This document shows, one piece after another, positions 13,219 to 26,726 of a stretch of DNA of 64,000 nt (its first letter is position 1; every line of letters starts with the position of its first letter). Below the pieces are notes generated by a model. That model made no database searches. It was not told the origin of the DNA and saw only the letters and a program-made list of their open reading frames with translations. The position numbers were made by a program, and so were the translations under genes. The DNA is from Botryllus schlosseri. Lineage: Eukaryota. The stretch covers positions 1,552,001-1,616,000 of the forward strand of contig CM119371.1 in NCBI GenBank assembly GCA_051294905.1, written 5' to 3'.

Positions 13219-14069
13219 CCGACAACACGCCACTATTCGGATCTGAAATCATAATGGATTTGCCAAAATAATGTAATTTATAATTTACTCACTTTTCACC
13301 TCCTCGTGTGTCAGTTGAACATTTATGTTTGTCAGATTCCGACTGAACGGTTGAGATTGTCATGCAAACGTCTTTCACGAAAGAAATTTAGATGTATCGG
13401 AGGAACAACCTCTCAAATGAGATGTTATGTACGATGATATTCTGATGGCAATCCACTGTAATAAAATTAGAAGTAGTTGTATAAATTAGATTCAGTAAAT
13501 CAAACCATCTATAAAAGGATAGCACCCGACTATATTCATCTATTTCCTATAGTCACAGGCTGAAATGGTCAGGTTTTCCTCAGTGTTACTCAGGTAGAAG
13601 TAACATCATACGTTTCTACTCAAGTGCAATTTACAAGTAACTTGAAAGACAAATGCCAGTTTTGCCAGAAAAATGCAAACTGTTCAGGTAGAAGTGTAAG
13701 TAGTCCTAAATCATAACAACTCGAGTACGGTAATTAGTACTAGTATGCAAAACTTATTTGAGATTTAAGTACTTTAAGAAAAATTAAAATGAATTCATTA
13801 CGGACCACCACTGCTTGCAGAGGACCGGATTTGGTTTTCTAGTTTATTTCACGTCCAAGCTTAGCAATGGATGTGTGTGCTTGAAGCGAGATGAAATATA
13901 TTTTGAGCATCGGCGGCTACATCGGAATGATCAGCAAAGGTTTAGGTATCGGTTTGATGGGTAGTTTATGAGATAACTGGTAATAGTCAGGCTCTAGTTC
14001 AACACACAATGGCAGGGGACAGACTAGTACACCATACTCAACCAACCATTGGACCGGGAACTACTTAAT

Positions 14070-14395
14070 TTTTAAAACAAGCAACTATAACTACTTATTT
14101 TCAAAACTAGTAACTAGAATTACTCATTTTTCAAAATTCGCTACTAGAAATAGAAATTTAATTACTCAATTTTTAACAATTAGCAACTTGAGTTGGAACT
14201 ACGCTATTTTTAAAATCCGTCACTAGAACTAGAACTACTTATTTTTCAAAACTAGCAATTAGAAATTGGAACTACTCAAGTTTTCAAAACAAGTAACTAG
14301 AAATAGAAGTATAATCACTCAATTTTCGAGAATTAGCAACTCGAGTTAAAACCGGAACTACAATCTTTTCAAAATCCGTAGCTAGAACTAGGACT
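14070..14395. repeat. Degenerate tandem array (AACTAGAACTACT...TTTTCAAAA units), probably a MITE subterminal region
   Basis: About 8 imperfect 35-45 bp units; inverted counterpart motifs (TAGTTCTAGTT) at 15465-15900. Confidence 0.55.
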
Positions 14396-15957
14396 GGCTA
14401 CTAGGGTGGAGTGAAAAATGGAAAATTTTGAATTTTAAAACGGACGCTTGATATGTGGTGCCAAATTAAAAAAAAAAAATTCCATAATAATTTTGGGCTC
14501 GTGCACCCTCTAGTTGTTGAAATTGACTAGACTTTACTATAGTCAATCTGTATAATGGCTCAGTTTGAACGCGAGACATTGACTCTGACCAAGTGATATG
14601 ACTCGAGTCTGAAACGGCCAAGACCAACATACCATTGCAATTTCGAAGAATAGTGAAGTAACCACAGTGTTGGTATTTCATCAATTGCTACTGGTACTTG
14701 AAAATGCAATCTGAGACTGTTCAAAATGCGAAAATCAGTTTATATGTTTTAAATGTTAACCAGGCAATACGCCAGATATCGTTATAAAAAGTAGTTTTAA
14801 CAAGACTAAATCTAAACTGAGCAGTCAACGCAATGACTTCGACTCTGACTCGAGTCATAATATCATGACTTGGACTTGACCCTCTGCTCGCTGACTTGGA
14901 CTCGGAATGACTCGATGGTGAATTAAGAATGACTCGACTTGACTCGAGTTGAAACTATAAAAGTAAGATTGACTTGTGACTCGGAGCCTGTATGGTTGTC
15001 ACTAAATGATTAAGAACTTCAACGTCACAAGATTTGAAAATAATACGTTCTTTTTCGGAATGACCGCAAGATCAGACTACAGCTTCAATGACTACATCTA
15101 CTCACTCAACCTTGTGAATTGTGAATTTAACACTCACACACATACCTACACACAATCCCGACGCCTGTACAATACATAAACAGAGCCATCAGCACCACAA
15201 TACCGACAAGTTTGTGCTGAATATTGAATATTGGCTCTCACGTACCTGGTCATAGGAGGTCGAGACACAAATTACTCTTGTCCTCCTTTTGATTCTTTAG
15301 TTTCTTCTGTTGAAGCACATTGATAGCTTTGAATCTCACTCCCGTTCATGATCTTCCCCTGAATCAATACCCAAACACACAGCCAGATTACAGATTACAG
15401 TTACAGCCAGATTTATACATACTACGAATCTAGTCAGTCGACGGTCATTAACTAATGGTTATCCCATAGTTCTAGTTACAATTTTTTTACCGCAAGTAGT
15501 TCTAGTTGCATTACGGATAAGTTAGTTGCGAAACTATAAAACACGTGTCACCGTTCTGTGAATCGTGATATCGGTGTTCTATTGTGTTTTGTTCTTGCAT
15601 TGCTAGCTAAAAGTCATCACTACTAACAGTGGTTAAGCCCGGTGGTGGGTTTTGATTCACGGAACCCCTTTCATCGCAAGCTCGATATCCTGGCCTTTTG
15701 TAATGCCGAATCTATCTCCAATATTTCTTAGGTTGTTTGTGATTCCGTAATTCGTATTATCCATTATTAGTCAGCTCTGTTTTAGTTAGTTGGTTTCAAG
15801 TTATCAAAGATAGTTAGTTCTATAAAATATAGTCTAGTTGCGGTTGCGAATTTTGGAAAATGAGTACCGTACAGATTTTGCAAATCCAATAGTTAGTAAA
15901 GGTCTTGCTGCAGCGCCGTAACCGTGGATTGAAAGTAGCACTTAGCATGGACGCATA

Positions 15958-16455
15958 TAGATTGGTGCGGAGCATGAACCGGAGCCGGGTTGGATATCCG
16001 GCCGGATTTTTTTTTTAATTTTGGTTGGACCGTATCGGAGCCGGATCAGTACTTCTTTGATAAGGCCAGAATCTCTATGGATAAGCATGACGTTTGTAAC
16101 TAAATAACTACCAACCATGCACTCATGGTATGCATATGCGCAGATCGTGTGTATGTATATCATGAGTCGGTGTATATGCCGCAAAAACATCAAGGACAAA
16201 AATAAACTACGTCCTACGTCCTTTCGAAACCAACAACACGCAAGAAACCGCCAAGCCAGTGCGAAAAGAAACGAGCTATATTTTTAAATTCATGGAACCA
16301 CCGTGTACCGTGTTAGGTCGGATTTCCAGCAGGACTTTTTAATTTTTGGCCGGAGCCGGATAAGTACTTTTTTCTGATACGGCCGGAGCCGGAACAGAGA
16401 ATTGACAAACCGGATCGGAGCCGGACCAGAGAATTTGTCGATCCGCTCCTCACTA
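15958..16455. mobile_element. hAT-like MITE with CCGGA-rich subterminal repeats
   Basis: TAGA...CACTA ends with CCGGAGCCGG/CCGGAT clusters at both ends; no clean TSD seen. Confidence 0.6.
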
Positions 16456-16854
16456 ATATACATACGTTTCCTCGCCATTCAGCTCGCCGATACAATTTGT
16501 CGTTTCTTCCGGGGTCTTGGATTGGACGTAAGCACATCTCTTGGAGTGGCTGATGGGCTATGGCAGAATTGCTGACGAACTAAACCATATATATTGAAAC
16601 TGTGACAGCGACGTATTCAAATACACAAATACATGCAGAAAAACACGAGTTATACACCGTATAAGGAGTCTTCAATTTTTTTTTCAAATTCAACTGACTA
16701 CATGATGAAGTTGTTAGTTTGGCTATAAAAACTCGCTACACCAAACTTGGTTTAATACCGATCAGTAGCCGCGCGTTGCTACAAGAGATGAAAGATTTGG
16801 ATATAGCCTAATATATAAAAATTAAATAATTTTTTTTCAATACTTTCTGATCAC

Positions 16855-17410
16855 CAGGGTTGTAACCAAGTCACAAGGCTCCGAGTCACAAGTCAATATC
16901 ACTTTTGTAGTTTTGATCGAGTGAAGTCGAGTCATTTCAATTCACCACCGAGTCAAGTCCGAGTTTAAGTCAGCGAGCAGAGTGCCGAGTCCGAGTCATG
17001 GAATTATTACTCGAGTCCTAGTCCAAGTCATTGTGTTGACTGCTCAGTTTCCAGTTGAAGTCTTGGTAAACCCACTTTTTATAGCTCTGTTTGGTGATAT
17101 CGAATGGTTCGCATTTATAATATGCCAATGTTCGTCACTTTCAGCAGTTTATGGTCGCATTTTCAAGTACCAGCACCAATAGACGAAATCCCAATAGTGT
17201 GTTGGCTTCAGAATTACAATGAAATATCGGTCTTGGCCATCTGAGTCTCGAGTCAATGACTTGGTTCGAGTCATGCGCAATGACTCGAGTCCAAGTCGAG
17301 TCAGTACACAGAATGACTCGAGTCGAGTCATTTCCGTATTTTGAATAAATGACTCGAGTCAAGTCGAGTCATCAGAAAATCGTGAGTCGAGTCGGACTCG
17401 AGTAACACTG
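16855..17410. mobile_element. hAT-like MITE, GACTCGAGTC-rich family
   Basis: CAGGGTTGTAAC ... GAGTAACACTG termini with dense GAGTC repeats; TSD not matched. Confidence 0.7.
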
Positions 17411-17632
17411 GTATCCATGGCTTCCCTGCTTGGCGCTCATGCATTACTGGGATAGCATGGAGGGGTGGTGCATGACTTAGAAAGTCGTAAAGGCTATATC
17501 TGCACTTCCTTGTCCAGCGGCATATGCACATCATGCACTCATGGAATGCATATGCGCAGATCGTGTGTATGTATATCATGAGTCGGTGTATATGCCGCAA
17601 AAAACATCAAGGACAAAAATAAACTACGTCCT

Positions 17633-20108
17633 TTCCTTCCTGACGCGATAGCGACAATTGAAGCAAGTACACTTCTTTCTGACGATAAAAAACGTGAAGA
17701 CATAGCATTTTATCAGGATCAAAGGGGTCCGAGATTAGCAACGATCGGTGGCAAAGATAAAGTGTTGAAAGCGAAAATCATGCTACAAAAGAGACGACCA
17801 TGAGTGCAAGAGAGTCTGCACCAGCATCAAGTAGCGAAGGTGAATTTACAGAGAGCTCATCTATATCTTCACAGGTAGTTGACACTTCTCACAGCACTGA
17901 TTTAGAACTTGCACAGTCGACATCTGGTGATTCCGCTAAATTCGTGACTCTAAAAGCTGCTGTAAACCTATTCAGCGACGAAGACCTATGCCAGGTTTTT
18001 GATCCCTTGAAAGTCAGTGATAATGCCGCTACCATGATAACTGCAGCACTGATTAAAGCTTGCGATGGCAACCCTAATGACTTCCATCTTTCAAGATCTG
18101 GGACCTATCGACGACGCATTGCAAATCGTTTGAAAATTTCCGAATCTATCTTTGAAAAAATATCCACCAATCCACCAGAGCACATTGCATTGCACTGGGA
18201 TGGAAAGCTCACTAAGAGTCGTCTAGGATATCAATTTGAGGCCTTGGCAGTGCTCGCATCGTCTGCGTATTCCGGCGCATTTAAGAAAGGGAAACTTCTT
18301 GGCATTAAAACTCTGGAAAGTGCTACAGGAAAAGCACAGGCTGATGCATCATTTGAACTGCTGGAACTTGGGAATTTAACAAAATCTGTTAGACCTCTTG
18401 TGTTTGACACAACATCCTCAAACACTGGTAAAAACAAAGGTGCGGTTCCGTTACTTGAAGAATTGATTAACAGGAAAGTTTTCTACAATGCCTGTCGCCA
18501 TCATATTTATGAACTGGTCATTCGAGAGGTTTGGAAGTGTTTGTTTGGATCGACAACCACAGGCCCTGAAAACACGGATTTTAATACCTTCAAGAAGAAG
18601 TGGAAACATATTGATAAATCAAGAAGCTATAAAACGCTGAAGTTTATTGAAGGCAGCTGGTTGACGATGAAAGCTGATGAAGCAAAGCAAGAAATAATTC
18701 CACTGATGAAACCCAATGATGGAAAGCAGAAAGAAATCTTGATAAGAGATGACTACAGAGAATGTGCAACAGGCACCTTGGCGATTTTGGATGACAAATA
18801 TGTTGATCATCGTTTTCGCAAGCCTGGTGCTACTCATAGCGCTAGATGGATGAGTCAAGTCCTGTACTGTCAAAAAATGTTCATGTGGAATGAGCAAATG
18901 GACTATTCTGAAGAGTTCATTGAAAAGTTGGAACGAATCAATACATTCATTGCTTTGTTTTATGTTCCAGCTTGGTTGAAAACTGGTATTGCATGTGACG
19001 CACCTTGGAATGATCTCAAATTCCTTCATGACAAGAAAAACTTTTCAATATGCGATCTCACTGTTGCTGATGTGGCATACAAGAAATTGCGAAAACATCA
19101 TTGGTATCTAGCTGAGGAAATGGTGGTATTTACCATGTTCTCGGCTAATCCAAAGATTCCTGACAAACTGAAGGAAGCGATGGCTGCTATATTGCTGAAA
19201 ATGCCAATCCCTGAAAAATTTCGCAGAGGTATGCCTCTCAGTCTGATCTCTGACTCTGTCTCTGAGTCAATGAGTATGGTCGATTTGATTGGGCCAGAAT
19301 CGTGGTTTCTATTTGATGCTATACATGTGGAACATGATTGGTTGAGTCTTCCAGTTTCGGAATGGCATACTGATCCAGATTTCGTGACTGCTCAAGAATT
19401 TGTGAATACTGTTGAAGTAGTTAATGATTCAGCAGAGCGTATGGTAAAATTGAATACCGTCTATGCTGCGTTCATAACGAATGACAAAAAACAGCGAGCG
19501 AGCCTCCTACAAGCTGTGGAAGATCACCGGAACAGATATGCAGATTTCTCGAAAGCAACCATTTCATCCACCTGATTTATGTAATATTTTGCCTAGTTGA
19601 TCTCTTTCTTTGCCTTATTTTTTCGTTTCCTGTGATGTTTATTATGTGGCTGTGAGTGGATGTTACATTTACAGTTGTATTCTCGCACATGGGGATCCAG
19701 GAAATTGATGAACAGTGCCGGGTAGGTTTGAGGGGTGTAGGATATGTGATCCAACAAAATGACTATCAGTTTTAGGTAGTTTTGAGCAGTTCTAAGGCAG
19801 TGTGGGACATGGAATGATATCCTGAACTAGGAATGCCTTATATGGTGGGGTTTTGTAGCACCCCAAACCGCAACAGCTGCATAAATCCATGTTATATGTC
19901 ACTTTAACTAGGCTAGGTAAAATCGTGACCCTCTGATTTTAGGGGAATCCCCTATTTTCAGCTGCTATTCTTCCAGCTCAATGTGCACACGGATGCAGGG
20001 GACGAGTTACAAAAAAAAGTAGCCAGAATATGTTTTTAAGGTATAAGGCATGGGAATCGGACTGAAAACCTGGAATTTTTGAAAGTCGGTCAATTCTGAA
20101 CAACCCTA
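17633..20108 (+). mobile_element. Truncated hATm-like DNA transposon (3' end retained)
   Basis: Transposase followed by ~530 bp of non-coding DNA ending ...CAACCCTA (TAGGGTTG terminus). The 5' side abuts a MITE-derived fragment. Confidence 0.65.
17639..19575 (+). pseudogene. hAT-superfamily (hATm-like) DDE transposase, 5'-truncated, frameshifted at ~17800
   Basis: The 591-aa ORF has LHWDGK, VFDTTSSNTG, ACRHH (CxxH), PGATHSARWM, HHWYL and VVNDSAER motifs (D/D/E triad present). Upstream 17639-17803 encodes EDIAFYQDQRGPRLATIGGKD in a different frame ending in TGA at 17801. Confidence 0.8.
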
Positions 20109-21365
20109 GTGGTCAGTAACGAAGTACTTCTACTTTTTCGAAGTACTCAAGTAGTTTTCCTCTACTTCTGGTACTTACTCAAGTAGATCTGATTTCGCTA
20201 CTTCTACTTCTACTTGTTAATATTTTGTGATCTACTTACTTACTTTTCGCTATTTTCAGTTTGTCAAGTAGAAGTAGTTCAATCTTCCAATCAGGAAGAT
20301 AGCCTGAGGAATTTCGGGGCTGTTTTCAAGGAGTATTACCATTTAATTTTCATAAAAGTTTAGTAAAGCACAGAATTTCTGTCGCTCTTCGCGCCCAGTG
20401 GATACGGAGTGACCATGCAGTATGATTTCACGAAAGTATCGGTGAATATAATTTAGATCGAGGGTTGGCGTGGTTCCGTTCACACCACACTGTCGCCCTT
20501 CGCCCATATGAAATTATTCATCACAGTATGTATGGCTCATCATAACCTTTGAAGCTGATGTTTCGCAATCTAGCATTTTCTTGTCATATCGTAATCTAGC
20601 AAATATGTCCATGGCGTGTCCTAATCTGGAAGAGTGGACTTTTTTTTTTAATTTTAGAGCTGTTTTAGCATACCACCTTTGAAACTTTCTTGACTAAAAA
20701 CATGAAATACATATTCTGCTTTTAGAAGTAGTATTTATATTTCACTTATAATTCCCAGTATCATATACTTTGAGTTATAATTAATATCAGTTCTGTTATC
20801 CGAATAACATACATATTGAAGTATAAAAGTAAGTGCAGTAATGCCTTAAATTTCTGGAAATAAAGCTACACAATATGGCTATTTTACGGTCCACCATATT
20901 TTTTATTAACGTTTACTAATCGCACAAAGTGTTTACACCAGTGGTTCCCAACCTTTTTCGGTGGCAGGGCCAAATTTGGAACTTCAGAGTGTGGTCGGGG
21001 CCGCACGAATACCAGGGCAATGAAAGGAACCCGAAATAGTCACCAAAATATGAAAATTGCCATTGTTCCGATCATTCGCTTGACGCCATTGGTCATTGTG
21101 TTGCCGCGCTTCCGTTGTTCAGAACAATCAACTTCTGGTGGCTATTTCGGAGTAGTTTTATTGCCCTGACGAGATTTCAATTCGTATTTTTGGAAATACT
21201 GCGACACTTGTTTCCGATAAAAACCGACATATCAAATTATTCGGACGCTTGGGTCGCGAGCAATAGGACTGCCGATTATGCTGATTTTTTCCGGCTAAGC
21301 AGTACGCATCTCGGCGTATTCAATCGTGAGTCACTTGTTGCGTCCGTAAATTAGTTATCAATACC

Positions 21366-22576
21366 CAGGGCCGTAACAGTACTTCGTCAGGCCCCCCTAA
21401 ACCGAACTTCGAAGCCCCTCCCCTCAGACCAGACGGGTGTTTACCGTTATTTATCATCGAAATCGGGTGTCCGTTTTAGGTAGCGACTCTGTAATAATTA
21501 AACACCTTCGGGCGTATACCCGTTGGCAGGAACGAAACAGCACTTCGTCAGCCCCCCAAAAACACTTAGGTCTTGAGCTCCCATAGGGTGGTAAACCGAC
21601 CCCTCATCCCATTGTTCGCTTCTGCCACGAAATCAGAATCACCGTTTATAGTGAGGCAGCGTGAAGCGCGAAAATCTTCGATAATTCAAAATAAAATAGG
21701 TCAATAAGACCGGGAATTGCATATATATTGCTATCAATTACTTGTCCTCTCTGCTCACGTAATCAGATTTACCGGTGGAGCTGACTGAGGTGTTGTTGGT
21801 TGTTTATGGGGTATTCATGGTGTTTGTCGACTACGATGGTCATTTACACCAGGCCGATATTCTTTTTTTTTTCCGTAACTGACTGAGGTGTCTTGGAAAC
21901 TGTGGGGCCCGCAAATAATAATTAAAAATATTCGGACGGGTAGACCCGTTGGTACGACTTCGTTACATGATGTTATTTGATGACCTCCAGTCTGCCTTAT
22001 CAAAAAATATAGAATCGCCCAAGCGTACTAAACTAAAAGATGCACACGATTTCAAATTGGTAGGTCTTCACTGGCATATAATTCTTCCCTGTGGGATGGT
22101 AGCCTATTTCTCTCGTGAGTTTCGGATTGCCAAGACAGGGACATTTGGCGCCAGTCATTTAGGCGCCTATGGTCAATTATAGGCCTACCTATATGTATCT
22201 TGTATATAGATGACGAAGCTTTCGGTCAGCGTAAGGGCAGTCCTTTTCGGCCAAGGTTTTCTCGCTGCCAATCGTTTTGGCACACTTCTTGGAGTTGCAT
22301 GTTATGGCCTAAAACTTTATGTCTTTGTGTGTCGTGGCGCGGTAATGGCCAACGCCGATATGCTCACTTCGATAAATCTTGCGTATTTTATCTTGGCGGA
22401 AGAGTACAAAATAATTATGGTAGTTGGAAACTTGAAATCGCGCCCCGCGCGAAAAATATTTCAAAAAGTTGCATAAAATACTCTTTAATTTAAGCTAATT
22501 CATTAAATAATTTTGGGCCCCCTTCGAGCTCGCCCCCCCCCAATTGGGGGCTTGGAGTGCGGCAGTTACGGTCCTG
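21366..22576. mobile_element. Non-autonomous hAT (Tip100-like) element nested in the previous one
   Basis: TIRs CAGGGCCGTAAC / GTTACGGTCCTG; perfect 8-bp TSD TCAATACC (21358-21365, 22577-22584); GGCCCC subterminal motifs. Confidence 0.88.
21792..21882 (-). mobile_element. 5'-truncated SINE (3' end only)
   Basis: GGGGTATTCATGGTGTTTGTCGACTACGATGGTCATTTACACCAGGCCGATAT is nearly identical to 1260-1312; flanked by repeated CTGACTGAGGTGT. Confidence 0.75.
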
Positions 22577-23263
22577 TCAATACCTATATATATACCTACA
22601 ACTACAACCCACAATTTCCCTGCAATTCTAATTGAAAACTCCAAGCCAAGCAAGAGTATTTTATGAATATAATTTTTTTTTATAAATCGATTTTTCAATA
22701 TTTTTGTGAGGGCCGCAAGAAGGCTAGCTGAGGGCCGCGGTTGGGAATCACTGGTTTACACCGTATCCTATACAACTTCTCCGTATTGCTCTTCGACTAA
22801 ACTACGGGCATTATAATATGGGGGATGACGCCATACCATGCTATTTTCCAAAACGTATTGTTCGAGAAAACAGAGGATTAGTATCGCATTTCCTTGCCAA
22901 TACTATCATTTTCATCCCATGATGTGGACGAATGCTTATGCTATCGAAAATTGGATACCTGCTGGTATGCATCAATATCAATCAAGCTCGTCACCTATCA
23001 CATAGCTCAATTTGCCCCTTTTTATAATCCATCCAATCAGGATCGTTTTCACAACTACTTACTTACTTGAGTACTTCTAGAGTCAGTCAATTCTACTTCT
23101 ACTTCAAGTAGTTTTAGGTTGCTCATGAAAGAAGTACTTCTACTTGTACTTGAGTAGATTTTTTCGTCGCTACTTCTACTTCTACTTGAGTAGCTTTCTT
23201 GACTACTTTGACCACCTCTGCAATGCAAAAACCCTTAGTGAAGACTACTAATGTTCGTGGCAG

Positions 23264-23621
23264 TGTTGGGATTTGAGAATTTTATTAACAAAATTCCCCT
23301 AAAAGATCAGCGACTTGCACACGGATAAATCAAGAGTCAAGACGAGAAATTATTCCAACACCTCACACCGTGAGGGATTAAATACGATGCCGTCTCAGCT
23401 CGCAATAGTCTTCGGAACGTGTCAATTCGGCGCGTCGTTCAATAAAGGTAACCGTCGTACACAGCGATCAAAAACGAACTGGCTTACAAAGCACAAACTC
23501 ACATACTGACACCTTAGCCACGCACTAGGTAATTAACTTAGTGAAAAAACAATTAAGCAATCAAGTCGGTTGGAAGCTCTTCGGCTTGCGTATCGCACGA
23601 CCACTTGACGTTAGCTTTACA
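23264..23621 (-). mobile_element. Solo-LTR-like repeat
   Basis: TG...CA ends (minus strand starts TGTAAAGC), AATAAA near the 3' end, and a diverged second copy at 57485-57804. TSD imperfect (GCAG/ACAG). Confidence 0.55.
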
Positions 23622-26520
23622 ACAGGGATTAAGTCACTGCCTTCGAATCACAAGTCATCTCGAATCATTGCACATTTTAACTTGAGTCAAGTCAATTCAC
23701 TTGATTTTCATAGGCGACAAGGGTCAAGTCAAGTCACTCGATTTCTGGAGGTGACACGAGTCAAGTTAAGTTGAAATTTCAAAGTACTATAGACATGATT
23801 TAAATTCATTACTAGGGCGATTTTTTTACACTTCAAAATAATTCAATTTTTTTTTTACATAACGAGTTTAATTTATTTAGCTGTTCTTGTGTAAATCACA
23901 CTAACATGTAACTTAGTTACTCCCGCCATTTACCAGCTTCAAAAATCTAGTGTTTCTCGGCTGTAAATCGTTTTGTGTTCACAATAGAGAAAACTTTCTT
24001 CTTAAGACTGATAGAAACTTGATGTTTAGGCAGCTTTCATGACCCTACGACTAGTGGTTGTCGAGATGGGCAATTTCACCCTCCCCCCTCGCGCAGACAT
24101 TGGGGTGATGCCGGCTGGAAAATGGAGGCAAAATTTTTAGGCAAATTCAAAATTTTCAAACTCTACGAAATCCGCGAATATCGGTTGGAATGAATTCAAA
24201 TTTGGTGTGCGTCATTTTTTAAGGCAACCTAACGATTTAATCAAGTAACCGGCAAGATTCAGGAAAAATTGTTATTTTTGAACAGCCCTAATGCAGATAC
24301 TCATTAGGAGACATTTAACAATACTCTTGAGTTATAATGAGTTGTGGATATTTTTAGCATAATTGCAAATTAGTCGCAATCACATATCAATAATAAACGA
24401 GGTCATGAAGAGAAATGAGCCAATTATATTCTGCTCGAAGCATTTAGAAAAACCAAGGTAGCAGAAAACTTGGTCATTGCCCAGCAAACACATAATTGCC
24501 TAGGGCTATCCAAGCAGTGTCCGAGTGTCCCAGTGTCCGGTTGGACAGACGTGGGCTAATACTTGGCTATCCACGTTCGAAAATGTCCGGTTCGGATATC
24601 CTAGGACATACATACAGAAAAACATTTCGGATAGTCCACTAAAAGTCCCAATTCAATTTTCAATGGATATCATAATCTGACAGTGTGCGGATATCTCCAT
24701 GTTGTATCTATGCTAAAAAGTCAACCACTCAAGTTCTTGCTGATAAGGGCACATATTTCATCCTTTCAAAATATTTCAAGAGTACAGTTCGAAAGAAAAT
24801 CGCACATTTACACACCGATATTCGGGATAGTCCACTGAAAGTGCGAATCAGAATTCCAACGGATATCATATTCGGACAGTGTGAGGATAGCTCCATTTTG
24901 TTGCAGCTCTAAAGTCAATCTCTCATTAACTCCCGACGCTGATATGCACAAATTGCACATATTTCAGTATTTCAAAATATTTCAAGAGAATTTGAAGGAA
25001 AATCGTCACTGGACATGATTTTTCATAGCGACGTCACGTAACCGGATTATGCATATGCTGGCATTGAACGGTCAATATTTACTGTCGGGCCAACATTTCA
25101 AGCCATTTCTGTGCCCTTTTAGCTGTCGTGTTACTGTTTGTTCCTGCGGTGAACATTCGCAATTCCGAAAGATGTTATGAACTTTTCGCGTGCATCATGC
25201 CGTGAGATGTTTAGCGTTTTTCACTTGAATTCGCTCAATGGGTCGCCAGAAATGGCGACTGCGCACAGTGAATCTGACTTGATCGCCATATAATTGACAA
25301 GGATTATATGCTGGTATATTGAATAGTTAATGGCATACCCTATTATCGACTTCGATAATGGTACATTCGCTTTCGTACTTTTATTTCGAGCATGTAATAA
25401 ACTTTACAAATTTATACCGCATAATGTTTTACCTTTACCGATATTACCCCGCTGAATACCACTCAACGATTGACGAGCTTTCCTCGTACGTCGCGTGGCG
25501 CCATGCGTGAAGTGAATGAGATCATTAGCCTTTTTCATCTATATGCGCAGTGGCGCATTGCGCAGCGAGCCCTGTTCACGAGATTCAAATTTTCGTCTGG
25601 GAAGTTTGAACCGTGATTCTGTGAAGTGAATTGCTGTCAGCGGCGAGAATCATTTTCGACATTTGCTGTGTGTCACTTAGCTCGGTGATTACTTAACCAT
25701 AACCACTGGTTGTAGCAGTGTAGTCAGTCAATGATACGGTTATAGTCAGAAGTGGCGTATGTGCTCAACGAAAATGCGCTTGGTTATTGAATCCCTATAG
25801 TAAAGAGCTATGACGGATCTTCGGCAGGCCTATTATTTTTTAGAGTTGATACTGTTATAGTACGTCCTTTTATTGTAACCTAACCTGATTTCTTGATCAA
25901 CATAAGGTAAAAGTTACTGTTTTGTGATTTATGACTGGAAATGGATTCGAAAGTAAGGATTTGACTGACCGCAAGCTATCATAATTTTTGAATTAGACCC
26001 GTAACTCAAATTGAGTGATAGACATACCTACTCAAGAGTCTTGGTTGCTGGTATTTCAATCATGATATTAATGCTTGGCTTCCAAATTGTATTATTGAAG
26101 TACCGATATTCAATTCTACCCAGCCCTATATATGGTCACCGTATGAGTACTATATTGCAATACTAACTTGGAAAGCTCAGCATCGGATGCGGGGAAAAGA
26201 CGACGGATAGGAAGATCTACCATATATGATTCCGATTCAAGGTCTGATTCGGGTGGTCACGAGAAGATTCAAAGAAATCGCACATGTTCCACTGATACCA
26301 GTGATACGGATCTCGCTGAAGCTCAGACGAAACATTTCGAAAAGAAATCTCAGCATCTTGAAGAAAAGTGAAAAAAGAAATATGCCAGTAATGTCACGAT
26401 TTTACTGACAGTGCATCACCAATTCACCAAATGCAGGTTAGGCCTTAATTCCTCTATGTGGCATCAAAACAGCAAGAAATCTGCAGTTATGACCGTTTGA
26501 TCTGTAAAAAGATTATTAAC

Positions 26521-26726
26521 CCAAATAGCTGGTTCGTGGTACAGAAATTGAATATAGCTTTCAATACAACATCCATTGTAACAGAATTGCGTCACACTTT
26601 GCCTTTTTGGTTTTGCTTTTAAATCTGTTTAAATCCCTTTAGTGTGCCGTTAACTCTTGAAAAAAGGCACCCGAAAAGTCGTAGAGTTTAATAGATATTC
26701 TGTTACAATGGATGTTGTATTGAAAG
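26521..26726. mobile_element. ~205-bp short element with a ~30-bp internal inverted repeat
   Basis: CTTTCAATACAACATCCATTGTAACAGAAT / ATTCTGTTACAATGGATGTTGTATTGAAAG, flanked by repeated ATTATTAAC; inverted second copy at 60522-60754. Confidence 0.7.

Larger units (their letters stand above)
20939..22753. mobile_element. Non-autonomous hAT (Charlie-like) element
   Basis: TIRs CAGTGGTTCCCAACC / GGTTGGGAATCACTG; perfect 8-bp TSD GTTTACAC (20931-20938, 22754-22761); GGGCCGC subterminal motifs. Confidence 0.9.
20109..23220. mobile_element. hAT-like MITE of the AGTAGAAGT/ACTTCTACT-rich family, hosting nested insertions
   Basis: (CAGAG)GTGGTCAGTAACGAAGTAC ... TTTGACCACCTCTG termini with CTACTT clusters at both ends. 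Relatives at ~49246, 50717-51290, 55250-55482, 56110-56780 and 58060-58230. Confidence 0.7.

Noticed and set aside
5841..17600. Numerous 60-100 aa ORFs
   Set aside because: They overlap MITE repeats (S/R/T-rich translations of GACTC motifs), show no recognisable domains, and many have non-ATG starts.
14402..20108. TAGGGTGG at 14402 as the left end of the hATm element ending at 20108
   Set aside because: Flanks CTGGCTAC and GTGGTCAG do not form a TSD, TIR similarity is only ~6 bp, and host exon candidates lie between.
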